Source of the DNA: Alphaproteobacteria bacterium
Lineage (GTDB): Bacteria > Pseudomonadota > Alphaproteobacteria > JBKEAR01
DNA length: 64,000 bases
Assembly (NCBI GenBank): GCA_047973205.1
Contig: JBKEBO010000058.1
Span: forward strand, 5,750-69,749
Direction: 5' to 3'
Shown: positions 20,399-31,780 of the stretch, one piece after another
Position numbering within the stretch: position 1 is the first letter of the stretch
How the letters are laid out: each line of letters starts with the position of its first letter
Notes under the pieces: model-generated
Told to the model about the DNA's origin: nothing
Seen by the model: the letters and a program-made list of their open reading frames with translations, nothing else
The model's database searches: none
Made by a program: the position numbers and the translations under genes

Positions 20399-21172
20399 AT
20401 GTATCTTGAAAAGTTAAGCTTAAAAGGAAAACGTGCGGTTATCACAGGAGCTGCTCGTGGTATTGGGCTTGCAATTTCAGAAGCTTTAGCCGAAGCAGGG
20501 GCTGAGGTTATTTTAACCGATATGCATAAAGAAGCCCTTAAAGAGGCAAAAGATTTACTTGCTCAAAAAGGCTATGAAACACAAACATTTGTGCTTGATG
20601 TTACCAATGTTGACCAAGTGAATAAAGCGGCAGAGCATATCGAAAGCCATATTGGTCCAGTCAATATTTTGGTAAATAATGCAGGAATTGCTATATCAAA
20701 CCATCCTGCAGAAGATATGAGTGATGAGGTTTGGAATAAGGTTATTGATGTTAATCTGAATGGTGTTTTTTGGTGCTGTAGGGCTTTTGGTAAGTCTATG
20801 GTACTAAGGGAGGAGGGGGCGATTGTCAATGTTGGTTCAATGTCAGCCAATATTGTCAATCGTCCACAGGAACAAGCCAATTATAATGCTTCTAAAGCAG
20901 GGGTGCATCATCTCACACGTTCACTTGCAGCCGAATGGGCCTCCAAAGGTGTACGTGTTAATGTGGTTGCTCCTACCTATATTGATACCGAGATGAATGC
21001 CTATGTTTATGAAGATAAAGAAATGTATCGCTATTGGGTGGGAGGAACACCCATGGGGCGTTTAGGGCGTACGGATGAAGTTGCCTCAGTCGTCCATTTT
21101 TTAGTGAGTGATGCAGCAAGCCTTATGACAGGCTCAATTGTCCTTGCTGATGGTGGTTATTGCTGCTGGTAA
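20399..21172 (+). CDS. Short-chain dehydrogenase/reductase (SDR) family oxidoreductase
   Basis: The 257 aa product has a TGAARGIG cofactor motif and a YxxxK active site. It is a paralogue of the SDR at 32607-33404; both end in an unusual GG.CC(W/E) C-terminus. Confidence 0.88.
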   Translation: MYLEKLSLKGKRAVITGAARGIGLAISEALAEAGAEVILTDMHKEALKEAKDLLAQKGYETQTFVLDVTNVDQVNKAAEHIESHIGPVNILVNNAGIAISNHPAEDMSDEVWNKVIDVNLNGVFWCCRAFGKSMVLREEGAIVNVGSMSANIVNRPQEQANYNASKAGVHHLTRSLAAEWASKGVRVNVVAPTYIDTEMNAYVYEDKEMYRYWVGGTPMGRLGRTDEVASVVHFLVSDAASLMTGSIVLADGGYCCW

Positions 21173-21194
21173 GATAAAATTAAGGAGAGTAATT

Positions 21195-21944
21195 GTGCGT
21201 ATTGAAGAGACATTTCCAAATGATTTATTTAAAGGTCAAACAATATTTATATCAGGAGGTTCAAGCGGTATTGGCCAAACAGTTGCCCAAGGCTTTGCTC
21301 ATACAGGAGCAAAAGTGATTGCTACAGGAAGTTCCGCTACTAAAGTCGAAAAAGCCAATCAGGAAAATAATCTAGAAAATATCCAGTATGAGGTTTTAGA
21401 TGTTCGGAATTATGAAGCCGTTAAAGCACGTTTTGCCTCACTTGATGAGCTGCATGTTTTATTTAATTGCCAAGGTGTTGCACGCCCTGAAAGCGAATGG
21501 ACAGAAGAAGAGTTTTTAAATGTAATGGATATTAATTTAAATAGTGCGATGAGGCTTAGTCGTGAGGCCTTCCCTCATCTTAAAAAAACCAAAGGAAGTA
21601 TTGTTAATGTGGCATCAATGCTCAGCTATTTAGCCGATGCAGATGTACCTTCTTATACGGCTTCAAAAACAGGGATTGTTGGGCTTACGAGAGTTTTGGC
21701 TCATAAATATGGCATTGATGGTGTTCGGGTGAATGCTATTGCTCCAGGCTATCATAAAACCAATATGACCAAGCCTTTATGGAGTGTTGAAGAAAGTGCA
21801 GAAAAAATAGCAAACCGCTCGGCTCTTAAACGTTGGGGGACAACAGATGATCTTGTAGGCCCAGTTTTGTTTTTAGCATCACCAGCCGCAAGCTTTGTTA
21901 CAGGTATTACTCTAGCTGTTGATGGAGGATATCATATAGGGTAA
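21195..21944 (+). CDS. SDR-family oxidoreductase
   Basis: The product has an ISGGSSGIG motif. A GTG start with an AAGGAGAG RBS is preferred over the track's 21138 ATG, which overlaps the previous gene by 35 nt. Confidence 0.85.
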   Translation: MRIEETFPNDLFKGQTIFISGGSSGIGQTVAQGFAHTGAKVIATGSSATKVEKANQENNLENIQYEVLDVRNYEAVKARFASLDELHVLFNCQGVARPESEWTEEEFLNVMDINLNSAMRLSREAFPHLKKTKGSIVNVASMLSYLADADVPSYTASKTGIVGLTRVLAHKYGIDGVRVNAIAPGYHKTNMTKPLWSVEESAEKIANRSALKRWGTTDDLVGPVLFLASPAASFVTGITLAVDGGYHIG

Positions 21945-21991
21945 GGCAATAAAGCCTTACCAAAAATTTAAAAATAACATGGAGGTATAAA

Positions 21992-23023
21992 ATGAATAAC
22001 TTTAAAACAAAAATTTTAAGTACATGTATTATTGCAACGGCAATTATAGGTACAACGGCCTATGCAAAAGATAAAGAAATTAGTGCATGTATTATTACCA
22101 AAACAGATGCCAATCCATTTTTTGCAAAAATGCGTGAAGGTGCTGAACAACGTTCAAAAGAGCTTGGTATTAAGCTGAAATCTTTTGCGGGTAAATATGA
22201 TGGCGATAACCAAGCTCAGGTTGATGCGATTGAAACTTGTATTTTGGACGGGGTGGATGGTATTTTGATGTCTCCTAATGACTCAAAAGCCATTGTACCA
22301 AAAGTTAAAGAAGCTCGTGATGCAGGGATTTTATTTATTACTGTTGACTCTCCCTTAGACCCTCTTGATGCAGCCGATGCAACTTTTGGTACAGATAATT
22401 ACAAGGCGGGTGTTCTGATTGGTCAATGGGCAAAAGCAAAAATGGGAGCTGATGCGGCCAAAGCTCGTATTGGATTTTTAGATATCAATGCAAGCCAAGT
22501 AGCGGTGGATGTTCTTCGTGATCAAGGCTTTATGGAAGGTTTTGGTATTGACGTTAAAGATGCAAATTATATTGGTGATGAAGATGATCCTCGTATAATT
22601 GGTCATGCCTATTCTAATGGTGCCGAAGAAGGTGGTTATAAAGCCATGGAAACCATTTTGCAGATGGACCCTAATGTGAATATAATTCATACAATTAACG
22701 AGCCTGCAGCAGCAGGAGCCTACGAAGCATTAAAAGCCGTTGGTAAACAAGATGATGTGATTATTGTTTCGGTTGATGGTGGTTGCCCTGGTGTGCAAAA
22801 TGTTAAGGAAGGTATTATTGGTGCAACATCGCAGCAATATCCATTACGGATGACAATATTGGGCATTGATGCTATTAAAGAATATGCTGAAACAGGCAAA
22901 AAACCTGAGCCAACACCAGGAAAAGACTTCTTTGATACAGGAGTTAAATTGATTACGGATCAACCTGTAGATGGCGTTGATTCCATTGATTCTAAAGAAG
23001 GTGCTAGTCTTTGCTGGGGTTAA
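21992..23023 (+). CDS. Sugar ABC transporter periplasmic substrate-binding protein (type I PBP, ribose/fructose-binding-like)
   Basis: The 343 aa product has a signal peptide and PBP-1 fold conservation. Confidence 0.88.
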   Translation: MNNFKTKILSTCIIATAIIGTTAYAKDKEISACIITKTDANPFFAKMREGAEQRSKELGIKLKSFAGKYDGDNQAQVDAIETCILDGVDGILMSPNDSKAIVPKVKEARDAGILFITVDSPLDPLDAADATFGTDNYKAGVLIGQWAKAKMGADAAKARIGFLDINASQVAVDVLRDQGFMEGFGIDVKDANYIGDEDDPRIIGHAYSNGAEEGGYKAMETILQMDPNVNIIHTINEPAAAGAYEALKAVGKQDDVIIVSVDGGCPGVQNVKEGIIGATSQQYPLRMTILGIDAIKEYAETGKKPEPTPGKDFFDTGVKLITDQPVDGVDSIDSKEGASLCWG

Positions 23024-23128
23024 ACTAAAATGCATAGGAAAGCCTTTAAAAAATAGAGGCTTTCCAATATATTTTCATGAAATATTAATGAGCTTATCCA
23101 TATGAATATGGATATAAGGGAGAGCTTT

Positions 23129-24202
23129 ATGGAAGATAAGAATAACACAAAGCCAGAATATGAAAAAATAGTCACACAAGCTGCAGGAAATATTGCCGCA
23201 TTTGAAGATGAAAAAGACTCACTTGGCAAAAAGTTTTTTAGTCTTTTACATGCCAATCCTGCTTTAGCTCCTTTTTTGGTGCTTTGTACTTCTGTGATTG
23301 TTTTTGGATTGCTGCTTGGCTCAAAATTCTTTTCGCCTTTTGCTCTTACACTTATTTTGCAGCAAGTGGCTATTGTAGGTATTGTGGGTTGTGCTCAATC
23401 TTTGGTGATTTTAACCGCTGGTATCGACTTAAGTGTTGGAGCGATTATGGTTTTAAGCTCGGTAATTATGGGGCAATTTACCTTTCGCTATGGCTTACCT
23501 GTTGAATTGTCAGTTATTTGTGGTTTAGCCTTTGGTACATTAGCAGGAGCAATTAACGGCATTTTGGTGGCTATTGCTAAGCTTCCTCCTTTTATTGTAA
23601 CTTTAGGAAGTTGGCAAGTGCTTCTGGCAGCAAATTTTCTTTACTCCCATAATGAGACAATCAGAGCCCAAGATATCGCTTCTCAAGCTCCTCTTTTACA
23701 TTTTTTTGGTATTAAATTTAAAATGATGGGAGCTGTATTTACTTTAGGCACAATGATGATGTTGGGGCTTGTTTTTTTGTTGGCTTATATATTAAAGCAA
23801 ACGGCATGGGGGCGGCATGTTTATGCGGTGGGTGATGACCCACAAGCAGCTGAACTTGCAGGTATTAATGTGAAGCATCAATTGATTTCCGTTTATGCAT
23901 TATCAGGATTTATTTGTGCTTTAGCAGGTTGGGTTATGGCGGGGCGTATAGGCTCAATCTCGCCAAACTCAGGCCAGTTCACTAATATAGAGAGTGTTAC
24001 AGCTGTTGTGATTGGAGGTATATCACTCTTTGGTGGACGCGGCAATATTGCAGGCATGCTCTTTGGAGCATTAATCGTGGGAGTTTTTTCCTTAGGTTTA
24101 AGGCTTTTAGGCACCGATGCTCAATGGACAAACCTACTTATTGGTGTGTTGATTATTGCTGCAGTGAGTGTTGACCAATGGATAAGAAAGGTATCAGCAT
24201 AA
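23129..24202 (+). CDS. Sugar ABC transporter permease (CUT2/RbsC-like)
   Basis: The product is polytopic with RbsC/FrcC-like conservation. The ATG at 23129 follows an AAGGGAGAG RBS, while the track starts at 23102. Confidence 0.88.
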   Translation: MEDKNNTKPEYEKIVTQAAGNIAAFEDEKDSLGKKFFSLLHANPALAPFLVLCTSVIVFGLLLGSKFFSPFALTLILQQVAIVGIVGCAQSLVILTAGIDLSVGAIMVLSSVIMGQFTFRYGLPVELSVICGLAFGTLAGAINGILVAIAKLPPFIVTLGSWQVLLAANFLYSHNETIRAQDIASQAPLLHFFGIKFKMMGAVFTLGTMMMLGLVFLLAYILKQTAWGRHVYAVGDDPQAAELAGINVKHQLISVYALSGFICALAGWVMAGRIGSISPNSGQFTNIESVTAVVIGGISLFGGRGNIAGMLFGALIVGVFSLGLRLLGTDAQWTNLLIGVLIIAAVSVDQWIRKVSA

Positions 24203-24957
24203 TGTCGACAATTTTATATGCACGAAATTTAGTGAAACGTTATGGCCGTGTCGTTGCTCTTGACCATTGTGATGTAGACTTAAAGCGAGGGGAAATTTTA
24301 GCAATTATTGGTGATAATGGAGCAGGAAAATCTACCTTAATTAAAGCATTGTCAGGAGCAGTTATCCCTGACCAAGGTGAGATTTATCTTGATGATAAAA
24401 AAGTAAAATTCCATAACCCGATAGAGGCTCGCCACGAGGGAATCGAGACAGTTTATCAAACCTTGGCCATGTGTCCAGCCCTTTCTATTGCGGATAATAT
24501 GTTCATGGGGCGAGAGCTTCGTAAGGCGGGCATTTTAGGTAAGGTTTTTCGTCGGTTAGACCGCCAAAAAATGGAGGATATAGCAAGAGAAAAACTTAAT
24601 GAGCTTGGCTTGATGACTATCCAAAATATCAATCAGATGGTCGAAACACTCTCAGGCGGCCAAAGACAAGGCGTTGCGGTAGCTCGTGCAGCAACTTTTG
24701 GCTCTAAGGTAGTGATTTTAGATGAACCAACTGCAGCTCTTGGGGTTAAAGAAAGCCGCCGTGTGCTGGAGCTGATTAACGATGTTCGCTCCCGTGGTAT
24801 ATCCATTATCCTAATTAGCCATAATATGCCCCATGTATTTGAACTCGCTGACCGTATTCATATTCACCGTTTAGGCAAAAGGTTATGTGTGGTTGATCCC
24901 AAACAGGTTTCTATGTCTGATGCAGTCGGCCTTATGACAGGAGCTATTGAGCCTTGA
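24202..24957 (+). CDS. Sugar ABC transporter ATP-binding protein (single ABC domain, FrcA-like)
   Basis: The product has a GDNGAGKST Walker A, an LSGGQRQ signature and Walker B. Its ATG overlaps the permease stop (TAATG). Confidence 0.88.
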   Translation: MSTILYARNLVKRYGRVVALDHCDVDLKRGEILAIIGDNGAGKSTLIKALSGAVIPDQGEIYLDDKKVKFHNPIEARHEGIETVYQTLAMCPALSIADNMFMGRELRKAGILGKVFRRLDRQKMEDIAREKLNELGLMTIQNINQMVETLSGGQRQGVAVARAATFGSKVVILDEPTAALGVKESRRVLELINDVRSRGISIILISHNMPHVFELADRIHIHRLGKRLCVVDPKQVSMSDAVGLMTGAIEP

Positions 24958-25097
24958 CTCTCTTGCAGCCTCTTAATAGAGGCAAAGCCCCATTAATATT
25001 GCTAAGATTTGGTTGCAAAAGAGTAAGAGGAATACTCTTATTTATCTAGGTTTTTATGATAGTTACATCATTTTTTTATATTTTTTTTCACTTACCC

Positions 25098-25126
25098 CTT
25101 GCTCTTGGTAAAAAATCACCTTAAAT
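25098..25126 (+). promoter_or_regulatory. Possible sigma-32 (RpoH)-type promoter of groESL: CTTG-N17-CCTTAAAT
   Basis: It resembles the alphaproteobacterial RpoH consensus CTTG-N17-CYTATNT. No CIRCE (TTAGCACTC-N9-GAGTGCTAA) is seen upstream of groES. Confidence 0.3.
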
Positions 25127-25221
25127 TCTTTGTTAATGGAAAAGTATCTACTGCTTCTCTTAAGGGTAGATGCTTTGATTTTGTTAGAAAATAAAAGAAA
25201 AAATGAACGGAGTTATAAAAA

Positions 25222-25509
25222 ATGGCATTACGTCCACTTTATGATCGAGTTTTGGTTAAACGCATAGAAGCTGAGCAAAAAACAGCTGGCGGCATTATTT
25301 TACCAGATTCGGCTCAAGAAAAACCACAAGAAGGTGAAATTATTGCTGCAGGTCAAGGCGTTAGAGGTGATAATGGTGAATTTGTTGCTTTAGACGTTAA
25401 AGTTGGCGATCGTGTTTTATTTGCCAAATGGGGCGGCACTGAAGTTAAGATTGACGGCCAAGACCTCATTATCATGAAAGAATCTGATATTTTAGGCGTG
25501 CTTTCGTAA
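25222..25509 (+). CDS. groES: Co-chaperonin GroES
   Basis: The 95 aa product has canonical GroES sequence ([11 protein letters not shown]…[23 protein letters not shown]). Confidence 0.95.
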   Translation: MALRPLYDRVLVKRIEAEQKTAGGIILPDSAQEKPQEGEIIAAGQGVRGDNGEFVALDVKVGDRVLFAKWGGTEVKIDGQDLIIMKESDILGVLS

Positions 25510-25572
25510 ATAAAGGCGTCTTCAACTAAGATAAATTAGCTTTAAAAATCAAAGTATAGATAAGGAATTTAA

Positions 25573-27210
<1,638 letters not shown>

Positions 27211-27244
27211 GCTTTCCCACACATATAACCTTATACATAAAAAA

Positions 27245-27271
27245 CCTCTCCTATTTTGGAGAGGTTTTTTT
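27245..27271 (+). terminator. Rho-independent terminator of groESL
   Basis: The stem is cctctcc-tatttt-ggagagg, followed by 7 T's. Confidence 0.8.
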
Positions 27272-27289
27272 GTGGTTCTTATAACCTCA

Positions 27290-27500
27290 ATTTGGCAAAT
27301 TCTGGCAAGATTTGTCCATAAATATCCATTTTTGTCCATAAATTTTCAAACCACAACCAAAATAAGCCAAAATAAGCCAACCTAAAAGCCCTCCACCCTT
27401 GCCTAGGAGGATGGATAAAGATGGACAAAGATGGATGAGAGTGGATAAACTTTGCCAAAATTTGGATAAAAATGGATATTTATGGACAAGTTCGGACATA
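27290..27500. repeat. Intergenic repetitive element, copy 2. It holds three 10-bp-phased TTTGTCCATA/AATATCCATT words, two tandem aataagccaa units, and at least seven 10-bp-phased ATGGA(T/C)AAAG-type words in the opposite orientation.
   Basis: Read directly from the sequence. TCCAT starts at 27315/27325/27335. ATGGA or GTGGA starts at 27411/27421/27431/27441/27472/27482. Outer ttggcaaat…tttgccaaaa words form an imperfect palindrome of about 190 bp. Confidence 0.5.
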
Positions 27501-27534
27501 AAAAAAGCCCCTAAAATATTTTAAAAGGGGCTCT
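27499..27534 (-). terminator. Rho-independent terminator of aspA (minus strand)
   Basis: The stem is agcccct/aggggct with a 13-nt loop, followed on the minus strand by a T7 run. Confidence 0.7.
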
Positions 27535-27551
27535 TTTGGATTATCTTATTC

Positions 27552-28985
27552 TTACTTCTTTTTTGCTATTTTAATATCTGTGTGGGCATGGGGAGCAAGC
27601 ATTTTCTCGGGCTGGAGAATATCATCCACCTGCTCTTGGGTCAAAAGTCCACGTTCTAACACAAGGTCAACAACTTTTTGCCCTGTCTTTAATGATGTTT
27701 TCGCAATATCTGCAGCCGCCTCATAACCGATATAAGGATTAAGAGCTGTAGCCAAACCTGTTGAATTTTCGATATATTCTCGGCATACATCCTCATTAGC
27801 CGTAATCCCACGAATACAGTTATCCACCAAAGTACGACACCCTCTGTTAATACCATTCATCGAACTTAAAATTGAATATAAAATCACAGGCTCCATGGCA
27901 TTAAGTTCCAGCTGACCCGCCTCTGCAGCCATGGTTACAGTAATATCACGACCAATAACCGTAAAGGCTATTTGGTTCATCAATTCAGGAATAACAGGGT
28001 TCACTTTGCCTGGCATAATCGAAGAGCCTGGAAGCATGGGTGGAAGGTTAATCTCGTTCAGCCCTGTACGTGGCCCCATGGATAACAGACGGAGATCATT
28101 GGATATTTTAGAAAGCTTAACGGCTAATCGTTTAAGCACACCCGAAAGGGTTACATAAGCCCCTGTATCTTGTGTGGCTTCGACCAAGTTACCTGCTAAA
28201 GTGAGGGGTAAGCTTGAGATAAGTGCAAGCTCGCTAATGGCTTTTTGGGCATATTCTGGATGGGTGTTAATACCTGTACCAATGGCAGTTGCCCCAAGGT
28301 TCATCTCTCGCATAAGGCGGAAAGACGATTTTAGCCTTGCGATTTCTTCAGCCAAGGTTGTTGACCATGCCATAAATTCTTGGCCCAAAGTCATGGGTAC
28401 GGCATCTTGTAGCTGAGTTCGTCCCATCTTAAGAACATGCTTAAACTCCTCGCCTTTATCATATAAAGCACTGGAGATATACTCCACATCATCTTGAGAA
28501 CGTTTAAGCATAGTCATCATGGCAATCCGCATGGCAGTGGGGTAAACATCGTTGGTTGACTGGCTCATATTCACATCGTTATTGGGGTGGCAATATTGAT
28601 ATTCACCCTTTTTATGACCTAAGATTTCAAGGGCACGATTCGCAATGACTTCATTGGCATTCATATTAGTCGAAGTTCCTGCTCCGCCTTGGATTGCATC
28701 AACCACAAATTGGTCATTCCATTTACCATCGGCAACCTCTAAAGAGGCCTCTAAAATGGCCTTGCCTCTTTCTTCATCAAGCCCACCAACGGCCATATTC
28801 GCTTTAGTACAGGCATATTTTACCCAGCCTAAAGCACGAACCAAATCACGGTAATGCCCAATAGGCACACCTGAGACATGGTAGATATTTTTTGCCCTTT
28901 GGGTTTGTACGCCCCAATAGGCATCTGCAGGAACATCAATGGTTCCTAGGCTATCTTTTTCTGTACGAAATTCTTGTTTTGACAT
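27552..28985 (-). CDS. aspA: Aspartate ammonia-lyase
   Basis: The 477 aa product has the fumarate-lyase signature GSSIMPGKVNP. AspA-type blocks (GEYQY.HPNNDVN.SQSTNDVYPTA) distinguish it from FumC. Confidence 0.9.
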   Translation of the reverse strand: MSKQEFRTEKDSLGTIDVPADAYWGVQTQRAKNIYHVSGVPIGHYRDLVRALGWVKYACTKANMAVGGLDEERGKAILEASLEVADGKWNDQFVVDAIQGGAGTSTNMNANEVIANRALEILGHKKGEYQYCHPNNDVNMSQSTNDVYPTAMRIAMMTMLKRSQDDVEYISSALYDKGEEFKHVLKMGRTQLQDAVPMTLGQEFMAWSTTLAEEIARLKSSFRLMREMNLGATAIGTGINTHPEYAQKAISELALISSLPLTLAGNLVEATQDTGAYVTLSGVLKRLAVKLSKISNDLRLLSMGPRTGLNEINLPPMLPGSSIMPGKVNPVIPELMNQIAFTVIGRDITVTMAAEAGQLELNAMEPVILYSILSSMNGINRGCRTLVDNCIRGITANEDVCREYIENSTGLATALNPYIGYEAAADIAKTSLKTGQKVVDLVLERGLLTQEQVDDILQPEKMLAPHAHTDIKIAKKK

Positions 28986-29200
28986 GTTGCATCCCTTATT
29001 TAAAAAAATTGATATAAAAACATTATTTCATCTCACAATAAAGTCAAACAAATTCCGCTAGAGTTACATTATTCTTTATAGAAAATATCTCTTTAAAGTT
29101 TATGGATTAAAAACATAATTCACCAATCTGTAGTTTTATGAAAAATATACACTAAATATTTTAGAAAAATTATAGATATTATTTGTTTTTCCCTTTTTTA

Positions 29201-29215
29201 TGTAGTATAACTACA
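29201..29215. promoter_or_regulatory. Candidate operator TGTAG-tataa-CTACA in the aspA/cupin-isomerase divergent region
   Basis: This is a perfect palindrome of the same family as 20313, 29224, 37737 and 37761. Confidence 0.45.
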
Positions 29216-29223
29216 ATATAGCT

Positions 29224-29238
29224 TGTAGTTTTGCTACA
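29224..29238. promoter_or_regulatory. Candidate operator TGTAG-ttttg-CTACA, 46 nt upstream of the cupin-isomerase start
   Basis: This is the second copy, 8 bp after the first, so the two sites are 23 bp apart centre to centre. Confidence 0.45.
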
Positions 29239-29283
29239 TCGCAATTGACATATTTTAAAAATATGCGGAGGAAAGAGGATAAT

Positions 29284-29910
29284 ATGATTTTTGAACCAAC
29301 AGCTCATCTCATAAACCCAGATACTGGCTCGCTTGATGGCCATACAGGAAGCTATATCAAAACACTCTTGCAACTTGAGGGCATTTATTCTGATACACAA
29401 GCCTTTGATGAAGCTTGCAAAACCCATGGAGATACAGTGGTTTATCGTGTGGAGGATGTTCGCCCTGATACGGATCATGGTAACTTAATTTTTGGTACAA
29501 CCTTTATGGAAGCAGGTGATATTGGTGGCGAATTTTATTTAACTCGAGGCCATATTCATGGCTTTGGTAATCGCCCCGAGACTTACTATGGCGAGTCAGG
29601 CCGTGGAGTTATGCTACTGGAATCTCCCGAAGGTGAGAGTCGTATTTTAGAAATAGCTCCTAAGGTGATGGTTTTTGTACCTCCCTATTGGATACATCGC
29701 TCTGTTAATATTGGCAATGAGCCTTTAGTGATGAGCTTTTGCTACCCAGCAGATTCAGGGCAAGATTATGATGTAATTGCCCAAACTTGTGGTATGGCAA
29801 AACGCATTATGAAGGATGGTATGGGCTGGAAAGCCATTGATAATATTCGCTATCAGCCCCGAACTGCGGAACAAATTAAGAGAATTTATGCCACAGGAGA
29901 CGAGAGATGA
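29284..29910 (+). CDS. Cupin-type sugar-phosphate isomerase (archaeal cPGI / glucose-6-phosphate-isomerase family)
   Basis: The product carries T.GH.H….E.YY….G.G.MLL and FVPPYWIHRSVNIG blocks that match Pyrococcus-type cupin PGIs. The ATG at 29284 follows a GGAGGAAAGAGG RBS, and the track's 29245 start lacks an RBS. Confidence 0.7.
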   Translation: MIFEPTAHLINPDTGSLDGHTGSYIKTLLQLEGIYSDTQAFDEACKTHGDTVVYRVEDVRPDTDHGNLIFGTTFMEAGDIGGEFYLTRGHIHGFGNRPETYYGESGRGVMLLESPEGESRILEIAPKVMVFVPPYWIHRSVNIGNEPLVMSFCYPADSGQDYDVIAQTCGMAKRIMKDGMGWKAIDNIRYQPRTAEQIKRIYATGDER

Positions 29911-30860
29911 ATTATCAACCTGCTGACAAACGCACATTCTATTTTATAGGGGTAACCACGGCACAATCATCTATTATGAAGGTTTTTCCTGCATGGGCTG
30001 AGTATTTAGAACTGGGTGATGTTACCATGAAGGGCATGGATTTTGTTCCCCATGATAAGCCTGAACATTACCGTAAGGCGGTAGATTTTCTCAAATCTGA
30101 CCCCCTCTCTTTGGGAGCATTAGTAACAACTCATAAGCTTGATTTATTTGATGCCTGTAAGGATATGTTCGATGAAGTTCGCCCTCTTGCTCAGCTTATG
30201 GCCGAAACAAGTAGCCTTTCTAAGGAGGGCGATAAGTTCGTCTGTGATGCTAAAGACCCCATAACCTCAGGGCTTTCCATGGATGGCTTTTTACCCAAAA
30301 ATCATTTTACCCAAACACAAGCCGAATTATTTTGTATGGGAGCTGGTGGTTCAACCATTGCCATAACATGGCATTTGCTCCAAAGCATAAGGGGAGCTAA
30401 CAGACCCTCTCGTATTATAGTTTCTAACCGCTCTCAACCACGGCTTGACCACCTAAAAGCTATTCATAAACAAATGGCTGTAGATATTCCCATTGAGTAT
30501 CATTTGGCTCCAAAGCCTGAAGATAATGATGCTCTTTTAGCCAATATGAAGCCCCATAGCTTGGTTGTTAATGCAACAGGCCTTGGCAAGGATGCCCCTG
30601 GCTCTCCTTTATCCGATAAAGCAAGCTTTCCTAAAAATTCTATTATTTGGGAGCTAAACTATCGAGGTAATCTTATCTTTTTAGACCAAGCTTACCGTCA
30701 AGAAAAAGTAAAAAACCTTCAGATAGAAGATGGTTGGACATATTTTATCTATGGCTGGACAAGGGTTATTGCAGAGGTTTTTCATATTGATATACCAACA
30801 AGCGGACCAAAATTTGATGAGATTGCTCGTATTGCAGCTGAAGTAACGAGGCAAAAATGA
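29907..30860 (+). CDS. Shikimate/quinate-dehydrogenase-family NAD(P)-dependent dehydrogenase
   Basis: The 317 aa product has an N-terminal SDH substrate domain pattern and a MGAGGS Rossmann motif. It overlaps its neighbours by 4 nt, indicating an operon. Confidence 0.7.
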   Translation: MNYQPADKRTFYFIGVTTAQSSIMKVFPAWAEYLELGDVTMKGMDFVPHDKPEHYRKAVDFLKSDPLSLGALVTTHKLDLFDACKDMFDEVRPLAQLMAETSSLSKEGDKFVCDAKDPITSGLSMDGFLPKNHFTQTQAELFCMGAGGSTIAITWHLLQSIRGANRPSRIIVSNRSQPRLDHLKAIHKQMAVDIPIEYHLAPKPEDNDALLANMKPHSLVVNATGLGKDAPGSPLSDKASFPKNSIIWELNYRGNLIFLDQAYRQEKVKNLQIEDGWTYFIYGWTRVIAEVFHIDIPTSGPKFDEIARIAAEVTRQK

Positions 30861-31780
30861 GTAAAAATATTTTAGTTACCCCTCGCTCTCTTTCTCAAGG
30901 AGAACATGTTGAGTTTGAGCCTCTTATTCAGGCAGGGTTTAAACTTATCACCCCCACACCAGGGCTTATGCCAAGTGAGGCTGATTTATTGGATGTTATT
31001 GGTGATTGTGTGGGCTGGCTAGCTGGCGTAGAACCCATAAGCGATGCGGTTATTCATAAGGCTCAGTATTTAAAGGTCATTAGCCGCAATGGTACAGGTA
31101 TCGATAATCTTCCTATGGAGCTATTAAAAGAGCATAACATTGCCATTGAACGAGCCATTGGTACAAATGCCCGTGGTGTAGCAGAGCTTGCTTTGGCCTT
31201 TATCGTCTCGGGGCTTCGCTATATTATCCCTACCCATGAAGGTATCCGAAATGGTGAGTGGCCACGGATGCGAGGTCGTGAAATTTGCGATAGTACTATT
31301 GGCATTATTGGCCTTGGCTCTATTGGTAAAATCGTTGGTGAGCTTTGTTTAGCCTTAGGGGCTAAAGTTATTGGCTACGACCCTTATGTTCACCATGTGA
31401 TTAACCATGCAAGCTTTGAGCAGGTGGATTTTATGGATGCGATTAAATGCTCGGATATTATCAGTCTGCATTGCCCCATGGCCGAAGATGGTAGGCCGAT
31501 TATCACAAAAGAGGTTTTAGCTATGGCTCGCCCTGAGCTTATTATTGTCAATACCGCACGGGCTGGACTTGTTGACGAGGAGGCTTTACTGGAGGCCTTA
31601 AATAAGCGTAGTGTAAGCAATTATATGGCGGATGTTTTTCATGAAGAGCCTCCCAAATCTAGTTTACTCACGCAAAATCCTTTTGTTGCCATGACAAGCC
31701 ATATTGGTGGTTTTACAGACTCAAGCGTCTCTCGCTCCACCAAGGTTGCTGTTGCTAATATATTAAAGCATTTCTCATGA
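30857..31780 (+). CDS. D-isomer-specific 2-hydroxyacid dehydrogenase family protein
   Basis: The 307 aa product has a GIIGLGSIG Rossmann motif, a catalytic His in the HIGGFT context, and a RAGLVDEEAL block. Confidence 0.85.
   Translation: MSKNILVTPRSLSQGEHVEFEPLIQAGFKLITPTPGLMPSEADLLDVIGDCVGWLAGVEPISDAVIHKAQYLKVISRNGTGIDNLPMELLKEHNIAIERAIGTNARGVAELALAFIVSGLRYIIPTHEGIRNGEWPRMRGREICDSTIGIIGLGSIGKIVGELCLALGAKVIGYDPYVHHVINHASFEQVDFMDAIKCSDIISLHCPMAEDGRPIITKEVLAMARPELIIVNTARAGLVDEEALLEALNKRSVSNYMADVFHEEPPKSSLLTQNPFVAMTSHIGGFTDSSVSRSTKVAVANILKHFS

Noticed and set aside
25080-25221. A CIRCE/HrcA operator was expected upstream of groES.
   Set aside because: No TTAGCACTC-N9-GAGTGCTAA-like inverted repeat is present. 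Only an RpoH-like promoter candidate was noted.
27290-27500. The cluster of DnaA-box-like words (TTATCCAC/TTGTCCAT) could mark the chromosomal replication origin.
   Set aside because: Two such clusters occur within 16 kb of each other, and both sit between convergent terminators. Alphaproteobacterial oriC is normally next to hemE, which is not here. I kept them as a repeat family rather than calling them oriC.
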